Shown: positions 37,767 through 51,400, numbered from the whole stretch's first letter. The stretch: DNA of 62,268 bases, filler included, from Diploschistes diacapsis (GCA_023645945.1; 5 parts of 5 records of this genome joined end to end with filler, not necessarily neighbours in it), one strand, 5' to 3'. A program made the numbers and translations. Notes: generated from the letters alone by a model not told the origin.

Positions 37767-40048
37767 ATGGAAGCAAGCATGCACACGAGTCCGCATGGCG
37801 CTATGCGCAAAGGCACACATAGCTGCGTAGAGTGTACGCAACGGCATTGCTTCATGCCTGAAAATGTCCAAGCTGACTTCGGGTAGGCCGGAGACGTAAA
37901 GTACGCTGCATCTTCTCCGCCAACGATTCTATCAATTGCATTGCCTGCAGAAAGAAAGGCAAGGTCTGCGAGGAGCAGAGAAGAGAAAGTTTCCCGCTCT
38001 CGTCCGGCAAAAAGACCAGTCTCAAGGAAAGAGTCGCTAAATTAGAAGCCCTTCTGGAGACTACTGGCACCAGGGATCCAGAACTTTCTCTTAGCAATGA
38101 GTCCAGAGCGAGCGAGGATAGCCCCCGATGTCAGCCATCCAATGTAGGGTCGACTCGTTCTTCCTCATTGCCTAATGCGGACGAGAACGAATTGATTTCC
38201 CAGCTGAAGTCAGAAGCGGGCAATGTGAATGCTCCTTCGCCTTACGACCCTGATCCCATTGTGGCTCTGTTCAACAACTCCATCTGGCAGCAAAAGGGTC
38301 GGAATGGCGACAGTAACAACGGCATGAGCGATGCTGATAGACCTTACACAAAGACCTTCACCAACAGTGTTCAGCAGAGAGTAGCCGCCAAGCGTGTGCA
38401 CATTCTTACCCTTCTTCGTTCAAGCCTCGTGCCACCTCATTTACTCCGAGATATCCTTGACGCAACAGGTAGCTGGTGGAATGGTTTCAGACCTCTGGGG
38501 CCGATGCCTCGAGAGGTCACCACAACTGCACGTTATAGCACTTTGCAAGACTTCCTTCTGCATGCCTATAATTCCGACAACCCCCCTGTCGTCGGCCTAG
38601 CTGTACTGTGCATCGCTGTCAGTATTTTGGGATTGAACAATGATACACACTCCCACCTAGTTCAGCAACTTCCCCGTCCGGCCGCCGAATTATTCCAGGT
38701 CTACTTCGAACGGGTAGACAGACTGATCAATACGGATAGCGACTTTGCTAGTAGCCGGGAAGGCATAGAATGTATGACGATGAGTGCCAAATGCTTCGAA
38801 GGGCTGGGGTTTCCCAAGAAGTCCTGGCTTCTATTCGGCAAAGCTATTATATATGGGCAGTACCTGGGCATGCACCGTCCTCACCTCTCCTCTTCCGAAT
38901 CGGAGATGGAGCGAAACCATCGTTACTTGGCCTGGTCATCATTATGTCAGGCCGACCTGTTTTTGAGCATGCTGTTAGGCCTTCCATATACTGCAGATGG
39001 GAGCACGATCCCTATGAGTTTCTACGGTGAGCAAGGCACGACAACATGGTTTATGGGCAAACTCTCGGAAGTCGCTGCGAGGCTCATTGACAGGAATCAG
39101 AGGGGCCAGAGCTCCACGATCGATATTACACAGAACTTGCAGAACGTAATGGATGCCACTGCTGCCAAGATGCCTGCACGGTTCTGGGAAGCTTTCGAAC
39201 TTCTCGGAGTGGGGAGCATGCCCACCAAGGAAGCTTTCGACTGTTTTCACCATCAATCCTTTTACTTCCACTTGAGAGTCTTCCTACATTTGCCTCTGAT
39301 GCTCCTATCCATCGAACAGCCTCATCTTAATGCGCATCGGCTGGCGTGTTTGGATGGCTGTCGTGGGGTCCTTCGATGCTATCAGATCTTTAGGACAGAG
39401 TACCGCATAGATATCCCTAGCATTATTGACTACTCGGCCTTCATCTGTGCCTCTCTCCTACTTCTGGGTGTTTTGGGTTATGGCGTTTCTCCTAGAACTT
39501 TTCAAGAGATTGATCAAGAAAGCGATAGAGATCTCGTTTCTCGGACATTGTCCAGCCTGAAGCACACTTCTTCCTCTTCAAACAATAATGTAGCCTCACA
39601 AGCACTAGAGGGACTACAGACGCTGTTCCAGATCAGTCAACATCGAAAGTGTCCCGGCCATCTTGAGGGCCGCAAGGATCACTATGCCAAAATCACGATC
39701 CCCTATTTTGGACAAGTGATCATTTCTCCAGGAAATTTTCTAAATAGAGAGGTCGCTGCGCATGACGAATCCCCTACTACCACCCTACCGACATTCATAC
39801 TATGTCAAAACCCAATGTCCCAAGATGCTGGCCATCCTACCTGCGTTATGAGCGCGAACGACGCCAATGGAGCGGTTGGCAACAACATGCATGGCCTACA
39901 TATCAATGAAGGCAGAACTTCACAAGGTCAAGTGCCGAACAAGATAGCCTCAATTGATTTCGATTGGAACAGTTTGATGAACATGAATTCCGAGGACTGG
40001 TCGTGGCTTGCCGATATAGACAGTAGTGACATGACCAAGTTTCTTTGA
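37767..40048 (+). CDS. Zn(II)2Cys6 transcription factor with fungal TF middle-homology region; intron 37834-37886
   Basis: Spliced MEASMHTSPHGAMRKGTHSCVEC/RRRKVRCIFSANDSINCIACRKKGKVC (six Cys), then LKERVAKLEALL coiled coil, in frame with ORF 38168-40048 (LGMHR...AWSSLCQADLFLSMLLGLPY). Confidence 0.9.
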
Positions 40049-41004
40049 GGGGTAAAGAAAGCACTCCCCGTGAAATCTGCTTAAAGCACCACAAGTTTCC
40101 AACAGCTCAAGGCTGGCTAGTTCCACTCCGGCAGCCTGATTCTAAAAGGCAAGTTACCTTGGAGGGAAGAGGTACCAACTCTGATTCTTCATAGCGTGTT
40201 CTACATTGCTTGCGGTCATCATATCGACAACAATCCTCGATATTGACATAACGCGTTATTGTCCTATCAGGAGCCCCCATTGACGCCTACAGCATAGGCT
40301 GAAACAGCGTGCGACATCCAGGAAAATCTGCAGTCCTGCCAATGTCCCCAAACAACCTAATGAAAAATAGTGATACCCTCAGGGCAAGCCTGGTGCAAGG
40401 GAAACAGCTGTTAGTCACATATAGGAGTGCTTTGACTACTCGAAGCAAGTCGTAGCATGGGTTTGCAAGAGCCGTTTATCATTGTTGTGGCATCATCGTC
40501 GAGGAGGCTAACGGGCGGCGCTTGGACAGTGGAAATAGGCTCTGCTGGAGAGTCTCGTGCGGAGCGATGCCTCTTTGATATAGTTTGAAGAAGATGGCAT
40601 ACTTCAGCATATCCATGAATTATTGTAGTTATACAGTCATATAGAACCGTAAAAATCAGGTGCAATTCGATACAAGATGCAATTTAGGTAAGTATTTGAG
40701 AAGCAGAACCCCTATATTTAAAGCCGCGGAAATAATCGTACGGTAGGTCCCTTGGCTGAAATTTCAAATATGCTTTGCTACACCTTTTTGCATGATTTAC
40801 CGGGTTGTGATTCGCAAATCGACCTTGCGTTGAAAGCTTTCCAATCTCTATTCACAATGACAGCAAAGCATTTTGACACATCATGTGCATTTTGTTGTTT
40901 GAGACTTCAAGATTATGAAGGCTTGCATGCTCGATTTCCAGGGTTTAACCGCTTAAATCTACATAGTAAATACCGCATTTCATAGCTGGCACCGGAAGTA
41001 AAAC

Positions 41005-44000
41005 ATGGCACCGAATAAGAAAAAGAATAAAAAGGCGGCAGCAAATCCTGCACGGGGCTTCGCCACAACATCAATCATTTCGAAGTCCAAGGCAACGGAT
41101 GATACCTCTGATGTTGCTGACCAACAGCTTACTGTAACTGATGCTCCTCTGGCCGATGGAAACCTTCCTCCAACATCAACTCAAGCTCAGCAAGCAGTAA
41201 ACGAGCCATTGGATCTTACAAAGCTGACTCCAGAAGAGCTGGAAGCGCAGCTTGAAAATGAGGACCTTCAACTGTTCGTCGAGAAGCATGGTGCGAGAGT
41301 CAAGAAAAGTGCTGCCCGAACTGTTTCCAGGCTATTAACTGAGCGAAGGCTTACTAGAGGCCAAGCTGAACCCTTGAATCTAGGAAGATGGCTGTCGGAA
41401 GAGTCAGTACTGGAGATAGTCGGCCGTATACGTGAGAGTGGATTGACTACATCCGGACCCTCTCGTACACATCACACTATAAGTCACGAAGAACTTACTG
41501 CAAAGCTTTGGGCGCTCAAACAAGCTCTAGAGGGATTAGGATTCTCTACGGAACGTTCTGTAGGCGCTCTTACTCACATAATCAGGAGTCCACTATTGGT
41601 TGAGCAGGCAACGAGCGATGAAGAACATGATGGTCTTTGGGGTCTAGGTGCTTGCTTAGATTGGCTAGGGATAACTTGTGACGAGTTTGAATTACCAGGG
41701 TACCTTTCCCAGCCAGATAGGAAGCAAGCAAAAGTGAAGCTTGGTCCTGATGCTTCTTCATCAGGTGAGTGAGGCCATAGTGTTGCTCTGGAGCGTCTAC
41801 GTCTCAACATTTTGACACGGACACAGATCTCGCAAGTGCTATATCAACAGTGTCAGGTACGGCTACTCCTGGTTCTGCTGTGTCGGACACCCCACAATAT
41901 CAGGAGAGTACAGAAAACCAGATACCCCCAAATGATCAAGACCAAGCGACCAGTGAGATCCTGAATGAACCTGAGGATTATGACGATCTAGATCCGCAGC
42001 AGATGCTGGACAAGTACATTCAGCTGAAGACCGGGCTGCACGAACGAAGACCCGACTTGACTGAGATTATCGCGCCCAGTAAGCGAAGGGGTAATGTCAA
42101 CAACCGCTCGACCTCGAATCCGCCTGATGCAGTGTCTAGGCGCTATCTGAGTAGAATAAGAAAGATTGAATCGGACCTGCTATTCGATAAAGATTCTGCG
42201 CTAGAAATATGGCGTGATATCCGCATTAAGCTGATACGGGATGCTGCTGCACGAAAACAGTTTTCAAGTTGTAATGAGCTCATATCTGAGACCCCTGAGA
42301 CTGAAAACTACACGCATGAACAACCCAGTAGCACAGATGCCGCTGAGGAAGCGGACGATGCAATGGACTTGGGAGACTTCTTCGGAAGTCTTCCCCAAGA
42401 GCAAGCTAGTAGCGCTACCGGAGTGAAGGGTATGGCCGTCCTGTCTGCTGAAGGTGTCTCAATGACTGTGCGAAACTTTGGTAAATGGGTTGGCGTTAAT
42501 CCTCGCCGCACATTAGAAGAAAGTTGCCGTGCAAGAGATTCCTCGGGAAGGGTTATCTTTTCCCTTCTCTCGACATCAAGTTTTTCGAACCGTCATTCCG
42601 TTAAGATTGTTTGGAGCAAGCCCCAAGATCTACCAGATGAGACCAGCATCTCTGGTATTACAACATACGCCGATGGAAGAAATGTTCGAATTGAGATGTC
42701 TTCGATATCTACACCTGACAAACACCAATCCGAAGCTTTCATTTCCACTGTAGCCTTGTTCCTCATCTTTGTCCCCTCTCCCAAGGAAGAAAAGGCTCAT
42801 CTTCGCCTACCAGCTGTATGGCGTGACTTGTGGAACGAGTTCAACGCAGCTCGTGAAGAAAGACTGAATGGCCTTGATCGAGAAGAAGTACGAAGCATAC
42901 GGAAACTTGTTGAACTTCATGTAGATCACGCGAACGTGGTCCAACCGAAGGCGCCTTCCAAGTCTGTTCCTCCCAAAGGAGTAGGAGAGCTGGGCGCTGA
43001 AAGAAACGGGCACATGTCGGAGTCCAATACAGATCCCGACGCCATACGCTCAATTTGGGCCTCCAAATCCTCAAGCCCTTACTTTCAACGTATGTTAATG
43101 ACTAGGAAGAAGCTCCCTGTATGGGCATTCAAGGAAGATATGTTGAAAACCATTGAAGAGTGCCAAGTAGTTATTATCTGCGGGGAGACTGGATGTGGAA
43201 AGAGTACTCAAGTCCCAACCTTTATCTTAGAGCGAGAGTTGTCTGAAGGTAGAGACTGCAAGATCTACTGTACGGAGCCCCGCCGAATATCGGCAATATC
43301 CCTTGCCCGTCGGGTGAGCGAGGAGCTTGGTGAACGCAAGCATGATGTGGGCACTATAAGGTCCTTGATAGGATACGCTATCAGATTGGAGAATCGAGTC
43401 AGCAGCGCTACGAAGCTCGTGTATGCAACTACTGGAATCGTCATGCGGATGCTGGAGAATTCTGATGCTTTTGAGCACATCACCCATATCGTGCTTGACG
43501 AAGTCCATGAGAGGACTATAGATAGCGATTTCCTTCTGATCATTCTGAAGAAGGTTATGGTACGGAGACCAAGGCTCAAAGTGATTCTTATGTCGGCCAC
43601 CGTCAATGCTGAGCAGTTCTCTCGATATCTTGGCGGTGCCCCAATCATGAACGTGCCCGGGCGAACCTTTCCTGTCGAGACTAAGTATCTCGAGGACGCT
43701 GTCGAAGCGGTCGGTCTCACGAGAGGCCTAAGTTCTTTATCGCAAGCACAGCCAGAGGAAGCTGACGGTGATGACGAAGAGCTTGACGAAGGGCACAACA
43801 GAGCGGCGAACGGAGACCTGAGCGGATACTCTACGCAGACTAGGAAGTTCGTTGCTCAGTTCAATGAATATCGGATTAATTATGAGCTCATTGTAAGATT
43901 GCTCGAAGTAGTCGCCACTGCAGAGGAGTATGAGCAATACAGTAAAGCGGTTCTTGTATTCCTACCTGGTCTAGCAGAAATTCGACGCGTCAATGACATG

Positions 44001-45689
44001 CTAGTTGGCCATCCAACATTCTCTCGCCAATGGCGAGTCTTTCCTCTACATTCCACTATCGCTACTGAAGCGCAAGAGGCCGCCTTTCACACCCTTCCGG
44101 CTGGAGTTCGTAAGATTGTCCTGGCTACGAATATCGCGGAAACGGGTATCACAATCCCAGATATAACCTGCGTAATTGATAGCGGCAAGCATCGAGAGAT
44201 GAGGTGAGCTTGTTTGATTGGAAGCTGATTCTTGTATTTCTGACCCTACCAGATTTGATGAAAGACGGCAGCTCTCTCGGCTCCTCGAGGTCTTCATTTC
44301 CAAGGCCAACGCGAAGCAACGCAGAGGCAGAGCTGGTCGTGTCCAGAGTGGCCTATGCTTTCACCTCTTCACGAAAGCCCGCCACGATACTATATTTGCG
44401 GACCAGCAGACGCCAGAAATGCTGCGGTTATCGCTCCAAGACCTGTCCCTTCGAGTCAAGATTTGCAAGCTTGGTGCTATCGAAGAGGTCTTGATGGAAG
44501 CGCTGGACCCGCCTGCGCCCAAGAACATTAGGCGTGCTGTTGATTCTTTGATTGAAGTCAAGGCGCTTACGGCTGAGGAAGAATTGACCGCTCTTGGTCG
44601 TCAACTAGCCAAGTTACCTTTGGACGTTTACTTAGGCAAGCTGATCCTGCTCGCAAGCGTTTGGAAGTGCCTAGATGCGGGTCTGACGATTGCGGCCATC
44701 TTGTCATCAAAATCACCATTCTCCGCTCCAATGGGCGCGAGATCCCAAGCCGACCAAGCATGTTTAGCATTCAAGAAGGGGGATTCTGACCTGCTGACTG
44801 TTTACAATGCCTATTGCGCCTGGCGCCGAGTCTGCAAGACCAGTGGCGTTTCAGAGTTCCTATTCTGCCGAAAGAGCTTCTTGATCCCTCAAACATTAGC
44901 GAACATAGAAGACCTAAAATCGCAGCTCGCTTTGGTCCTTTTCGACGCAGGGTTCTTGAAGCCCGAACCAGGCAGCGCTCTGTTGCATAGGTGCGTATTT
45001 TTATATCCTTGCTGAGAAACAGGTGGTGTAGCTGATCTTCTTTTGTAGGACGCCGTTCTCCGCGCACCAGAAGAACTTTGTCGAGACCCCAGCGCATAGC
45101 AACGTGAATGACACCAACGAGCTAATGATAAACTCTGTGATTGCCTGGAGTTTCTACCCGAAGCTACTCTCAAAAGACGGTCGAGGCTGGAGAAATGTGT
45201 CCAACAACCAGAGCGTGAGCCTTCATCCCGGTTCGGTGAATAAGGGATCCAACGATCCTCCGAAATGGCTTTCCTTCTATCACATCCTGCAGTCCAGCTC
45301 GAAGTAAGTATCGAAATTTTGGCGGGGCGTTTGTAGGTTGATTATATTGTAGGTTCTACAATGCTTTGGAAACCAGCCCGGTAGAAGACATAGCAATCGC
45401 TCTCCTCTGCGGAGAAGCAGACGTCAAGGTAAGGCCGGTGCGCGCTCATCGGAGCACTCCTAAAAGTGCTAACGCCACGTAGGCGTACGCCGGAGTGGTT
45501 GTCATTGATGGCAACCGCATCCGCTTTTCGCTGTCAAACTGGCAGAGCATGCTGGTTTTTAAGACTCTTCGGCTCAGAGCACGCGAGCTTGTTTCGCAGA
45601 CTTTGCGATCACCGACTAAGGAGCTATCGAGGGATCAGGAGATGTGGCTACAGACACTTCAACAGATTTTTCAAAAGAAATCCACTTAA
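41005..45689 (+). CDS. DEAH/RHA ATP-dependent RNA helicase, DHX29/DHX57-like, about 6 exons
   Basis: [57 protein letters not shown]2 region [13 protein letters not shown]-terminal [14 protein letters not shown] introns near 41765-41827, 44204-44252, 44991-45048, 45305-45352 and 45429-45482. Confidence 0.92.
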
Positions 45690-46264
45690 GCAACGATCTG
45701 GCAATAACCGAATTGGACAAGGCGACAGGCCACGGACACAGCATTGTACTAGCATGCCTCATGCCTGCCTACAAGGAATTTAAGTTTTTCTGGCACGTCA
45801 GTATTTGCCTGATGTAGAAACCGTTCACATGAGACACACGGTGCAACTGGGCTTGGCGTGCAGAGATGAAACAGGCTTCTGCGTGCTGTGCTGCAGCCTT
45901 CGCACTTGCACATCTGGTTTTTACTTACTCTGTACTCTGTACAGACTGCAAACCATCTGACGTGTCCGACTCTGACCGCAGTCCCGCTTGTCGAATGATG
46001 CACTGATACGCTGATGCACTGCTGGGGCACAGGTGGAGAAGGAAGTCTGTAACGTAACCTCGAGGCTAAGTTGTCCTTTACAACCCCGACAGCAACTCCG
46101 CAATAACTTAATTCTTAGTGAAAATTTCATTACCCTCCTTTCGCACCTTTTCATTAGAGATGAAGCAAGCCAGAAATGAAGGACATGTCTCTATGCTTAC
46201 GCTGCGCCAGCCGAACACGACTCGCCGTCGCCTGTGCCCAATGAAGCCGGTCCCGCAAGCCACA

Positions 46265-49200
46265 TGCTGGATGCATCTCGGAAGCGGGAGGGGCCGCTTC
46301 CTGCAACTCTATTGAGCCTCGTGGCCTTGGCCGCCAGTAGCCATAGCGGCATCAACAACGTCGTCCGCGGCGAATATCTAGCAACGCCGGCGCGCGAAAT
46401 ACTGGGATATATTTCCAATGACAGGAACTCGATCCTCGCACTCCGGCGCGTCTCCCAAGCTTTCAAGCAATGGGTGTCTCCGCTCGATCGGTCAATCTTT
46501 TGCAGAGTCGCTTTTGTATATCCAGCTCTAGTTCGCCACAAGCGACACAGTCGAGTCAAGACCGATAACCCAGGCTTACAATACGGGCAGATCTTGGTTA
46601 GTATTAAGCCTGCAGCTTGCTACATCATGCCCTTTTTTGCCCTTCAAATCTCCAGTTCTAAACGTTCTTGCCATCAGGAAAAATCTTCCCTCGATGCCCT
46701 CTTTCGTATCCAGCCGCTTATTACGCATCTGCATCTAAAGATTGCGCCAACTGCTCCTTCCATCCATGATCCTGGGACACAGTTACTTGACTCGCTTTTG
46801 CGGTCGGACGGGCTGCAGCAGCTCAGTATCCACCTTTTGCCCGACGACAAATGTTTGCCATCAACCATCGACTCCATTGCGCCAAAGGCGGTATCAAACC
46901 ACCTATGGACCTTGCCGTATTTTGCGCCCCAGGACGGACCTTCTCCGCCTCCGCTATCCGAACTGCATCCCGAAATGACGGCCGGGGCAGACCCTTGCAA
47001 GACCGAGACAGTCAGCCATGCGCTGCCACTTCTCCTTCTACGGGAAACATTGGAGAGATGTCGTCCTCATATGAAACTTCTTCGCAGCGTTCATTTCGAG
47101 AACTTATCGATCCAAGGGGTGCATGCGCTCAGCGCGCTTGAGATTACCCAAAACGACGGAGAGACGGAGAGTGGGTCGTCGTTTTGGTCTCTAATCCCTG
47201 CCCTGCGGTTATCCATAATCAAGTGGTGGGCCATTCCAGCCGAGCATTGGCCCTTTTTCGACGAGAAGAGCGGCGTGGCAACTTTCCCTGTTAGCACGGA
47301 TCCAACCGCCAGACGCAGCAAGGAGGTTAATCTGAAACTTCGCGGTTGGCAAGTTCTGATGCGATGGCTACGCGGCATCCAAGGTGGAGTGCAAATGTTG
47401 GACTTTAGCTGGGTGGAGCCTCGGGTACTCATGCCTCCTACTGATGCTATGTCTTCCGCTCCTGATGGACCGTCGTCTCCCGCTTTATCGCCGGGGTTCC
47501 TAGAGGGCAAAGGCCTTCCATTACAACCTCTGAGCCTTTGGCAGCCGGCCGAGCGGGATGGTGAAGGTAACTTAGTCGCCGGGATTGCAGGCCGGAACAA
47601 GCAGCATCTACGCCAAAGGTCATCCGCTCCCGAGATGTCTACCCGTGCAGCCATCGAAGACTACGTGCTGCCACCGACCCCGCTCGCTCCACGTCTTGCC
47701 TGGCATATCGCCGAGGGTCCCGTACCGCTGCTCCTCAACGAATTGAAAGGGCTTGAGCCGCCGCTAGCCTGGCCTATCTTGAGGACCCTGCTGTTGAGAA
47801 ACATCCGGCTTGAAGCTATCGACGTTAAGAATCTTCTCGCCGTTGCCACGTCGCTCAAGACCCTGGTAGTGTCTTCGAAGCTCATGGACAATGACGACAT
47901 TCCCTTGCTGAACCCTAACTACGAAACGATTTCCGGTTTCTCCTCTCTGAGTAAGTCCTCATACGAAGATAAGGTCTCAACCGCTCCTCTGTGGGACCCC
48001 TCCAAGTTTGACGGACTGTCCGACCTCTCTTCCCTTTCAAACATCTCCCAGCCTTTCAGCATAGACAGCGCCTGCACAGAGGAAGCTAGGACCAGCTCCT
48101 CGAGCCTGGCCCCCATTGACCTTCACCTCTTCTTGCTTCACAACTCTCAGCGCCGGCGACACCGACTCCGCAAGCGCAATAGCGTCAGCAAACCCCACAC
48201 TCAACCCACCAACACGTTTAATCCCGACTTCTACTCCCTCTATCGGTCATATTTCCAACACAATACCATCAGTAAATCCAACGCTCACTCCACAAGCAGC
48301 ACCAACGTATCCCGCACTCACCCCACGAGCACCTTTAATCCTAACTTTTACTCCCTCTTTCAGTCACACTTCCACCCAGCCCCAAACTCGGATTCCAGTA
48401 CTCCGAGAATTCCGAGCAAAGTTCCCTCTGACTCCTTTGACTTTACCAACGCAGGCTCCGGCGCTCAGAGCAGCCTCATCAGCGGTTCCGCCTCTTCAAG
48501 AAGCAAGAAAGGAGGGTTGAATATGAAGAAGTTTGGAGCCGGTGTCGTAGGCGCTCTCACGGCAGCGGCGACGATAAAGACCGGGAACGCAGTCCGGTGG
48601 GGAAGCGAAAGGACTCTGGGCTCAGGCCATGCGTCGGCAATGCCGAGCACGAGGGGTCAGAGCGAAAGCGGAAGCACGACGAGGGATGAGAGCGTTGAGG
48701 GAAGCGGAGTGGGAAGCAGAAAAGTGGTGCGAGAGCCCGGCATTGGGGCTCTTGAGCCTACCACGACGGCGGCAACTGCCGACACTGCCGTGTCGCCCGC
48801 AATAGAGGTCGAAGAACCTGATACAGTGGACCCAAACACGGACATGCCCTCGGGCAAAGAGCCCCTGCCACCGCCGAAAGATTGGAGAGAGGAGCTCAGC
48901 CTGGCGAACATTACGGAAGGAGAAGAGGGCAGGAATGTCCCTGTTGGCCATACCCCGCCCAGGGACGCAAACAGAAACGGAACGGCGAAGAAGAAACCGA
49001 AGAGCCTCTTCTTCAAGCGCAAGGACAGCGGTGCCAACACCGCGCGGCAGCTGGAGGACGCTAGAGCGCGAGAATCCGAAAGGGCGAAGAGCAGGGGGAC
49101 CAGGATTAGAACGGAAGCAGAAACGGGACAGCAGGCGTACGAGCTCCAGTCAGTAGCCACGAAGCAGGCGGTCGGAAGCGGCTTGGATCGGCTGAGGGAG

Positions 49201-49290
49201 TGGGAGATGGAGATGGAGAAGCAAAGGTCCGCGGCGAGGACGGAGACCGTGAAGATTGGGATTGGGGAGGTTGAGCGGGTGAGAGGGTGA
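46265..49290 (+). CDS. Large hypothetical protein with F-box-like N-terminus, LRR-like patches and disordered C-terminus (start uncertain)
   Basis: About 3-kb stop-free ORF; PAREILGYISNDRNSILALRRVSQAFKQWV resembles an F-box; LRSVHFEN, LRTLLLRNI and LKTLVV look LRR-like. Confidence 0.7.
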
Positions 49291-49806
49291 TTTTGTTGGG
49301 TGAGCGAGTGGGATGCCATGGAAGGAAGGTAAAAGGAGGTTGGTAGGGTGCGGTCTTGAGTTCTTGAGCAGCAACGAGGAGTCTGGAGTTTTGTGTGTAC
49401 TATTCTATGGGCCAAAGGCTGGGAAATCTGAAGCCGAAGACAGCCTCGGCCCAGTTGTATGTACTGTTGTGCTAAGCAATATGAAAGGTCCATTGCAGTC
49501 GGTTTTTCGTTAGACCGCGCGTTCCCACGACGATCCGATCGATGAATTGGCTCCGTTATCCTCTCCCCGTTACTGGACCAAATCGGCTGTGCATCTATCG
49601 TCCATGTTTTTCTTTCTTTCTCATATCCCGAGAACACATTTTGTTCTTCCTCGAATCTTTCCTCGCATCTTCGGTGTGGGAACAAGCGAAGAGGCAAGAA
49701 AAAAAAAACCGCGAACCCTCCCGGGTAGAGAGTAAACGAAAAAAAAGGAAGAAGGCAACGGAAAAAGAGAAAAGAAAAGCGCGCGCGGGGGGGACACCCG
49801 ACAGAG

Positions 49807-49906
49807 NNNNNNNNNNNNNNNNNNNNNNNNNNNNNNNNNNNNNNNNNNNNTTAATTAATTAANNNNNNNNNNNNNNNNNNNNNNNNNNNNNNNNNNNNNN
49901 NNNNNN
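49807..49906. other. Artificial contig linker N44-TTAATTAATTAA-N44
   Basis: Identical 100-bp spacer. Confidence 0.99.
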
Positions 49907-50121
49907 GTCGTTGGGGTTATTGGGGTTGGCTGAAGGGATAGAGGCGGAGGCGGAGACGGAGACGGAGCACATGCAGGCGATGACGGTTGTGTATGGGGCG
50001 CTGCAGGAGGAGGGAGGTCAGGGCGTGGCCGAGACCGCGGGAGGAGCCGGGGGGGATCTGGTCTGGGGGTTGAAGATGTGGCGAGTGCTTCGAGAGGTAG
50101 TTGGAGAAGAGAGAAGAAGGG

Positions 50122-50155
50122 GAAAGAGAAAGAGAAAGAGAAAGAGAAAGAGAAA
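50122..50155. repeat. (AAAGAG)n hexanucleotide microsatellite
   Basis: aaagagaaagagaaagagaaagagaaagagaaag. Confidence 0.9.
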
Positions 50156-50988
50156 GGATTGGGAAAAGGATTGTGGGCGCGGGCTAGTGAAGCCCCTTTT
50201 CCATAATTACCAGATGGAAGATAGGTCACAGGTAAAGAAGACTTATGGCGTTGCGCGGGATTTTTGCATCTCCAGGCTACTCGTCAAGTGATAGCCAAAG
50301 ATTTTTTTTGGTTCAGTACAGTGCAGTCGACAAGGGCCTGGTTCTCTGTTGAGAGTTGTTGATTCTTTAGAAAGACAGAAGCACGCACAGTTGGAACTGG
50401 CGAAGAGGAGACGCTAATAGATACTAGGAATCTTCCTCGGGTAATCATCGTGGTATTGCTATGCCCGTGCCTGCCTGTATAATCGATAGCCTAAGTAGGA
50501 ATCCCAGTTCTTCGAGCTAGCGAGCGCAGCTGCTGGTCGGTTAGTAAATAGGAAAGCAGTGCTTCTGTTCTCCAACAGCTTGCACTCCTCTTCCCGGGTT
50601 TCGGAAGCGGGGGCTGTGACCCGTCCCGATTGTTACTCATAACTACACAGACGGCCGCAGTTCCCCAACACCACGGTATCGAGGTGGACAACTTTGAAGT
50701 CCGAATTACCCAATTACAAGGAGGAGCGCAACTGTCTGTCAGCAGTGCTCGATCGAAGCAGATGTGAACTGCTGATGCCTGCTTGAGTATTGAGTGCTGA
50801 TTAGGAGCACTATATTGCTGCCGTCATTATGGAACCCAGAATATCGTGTTCGGCCCATATAAAGAGAGCAGGAGGTATGGGAGAATATAGGAGTCATATT
50901 GCGCAAACCTTTGTGATACTCTGATTATGAAGACATTTGAAGCAATCGATAAAGGACGAGCCCAAATAGAGGTGTGGCATTGACAATC

Positions 50989-51400
50989 ATGTCCGATCCA
51001 TCTAGTGAAGTACTTCCTATCCCCTATACACACCTACAGACTCGGCTAACTGTCGGACTGCAATAGAATACGTCTGGTACATCAGACAATATCACCTCGA
51101 TGTCTGAGCTCAACCGGGCGACTCACCTCTGGAAAGATTCGACGAACAAGGACATGCATATAATAACAACAGCCATACCTACCGGCACCGTAGGAGGGCT
51201 GCTGCTCAACATAAAGCTGTACGACGAAGCTCACGCGAAGGGAGATGAGGAGGCTATGACGAAGCTGGAGCAGGCTCCGGTGCAACCCCTGCCTACCTTG
51301 AAGACGATTGGAATATCGGGGACCTCTTCCCTTCTGAAGAATGAGGTGGGATACTAGCAGTGAGGGTAGTAGATGTGGTGAAATAAGATATGTTGTGGAT
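50989..51400 (+). pseudogene. Small fungal hypothetical-protein gene, probably pseudogenised near its 3' end; intron 51010-51066
   Basis: MSDPSSE / GTACTT...GCTAAC...ATAG intron / NTSGTSDNITSMSELNR...PTGTVGGLLLNIKLYD...LPTLKTIG. In a shifted frame this continues GDLFPSEE* (TGA where Trp would fit). Confidence 0.45.

Noticed and set aside
36463..40048. Dioxygenase plus Zn2Cys6 factor as a divergent secondary-metabolite gene pair
   Set aside because: They are on different contigs separated by an artificial linker.
48657..49697. 346-aa minus-strand ORF
   Set aside because: Largely antisense to the 1018-aa ORF and its 3' region; low-complexity translation, non-ATG start.
49911..50291. 126-aa ORF with KRKRKRKRK as an NLS-bearing gene end
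   Set aside because: The basic run is just the (AAAGAG)n microsatellite; no other support, although a truncated gene cannot be excluded.
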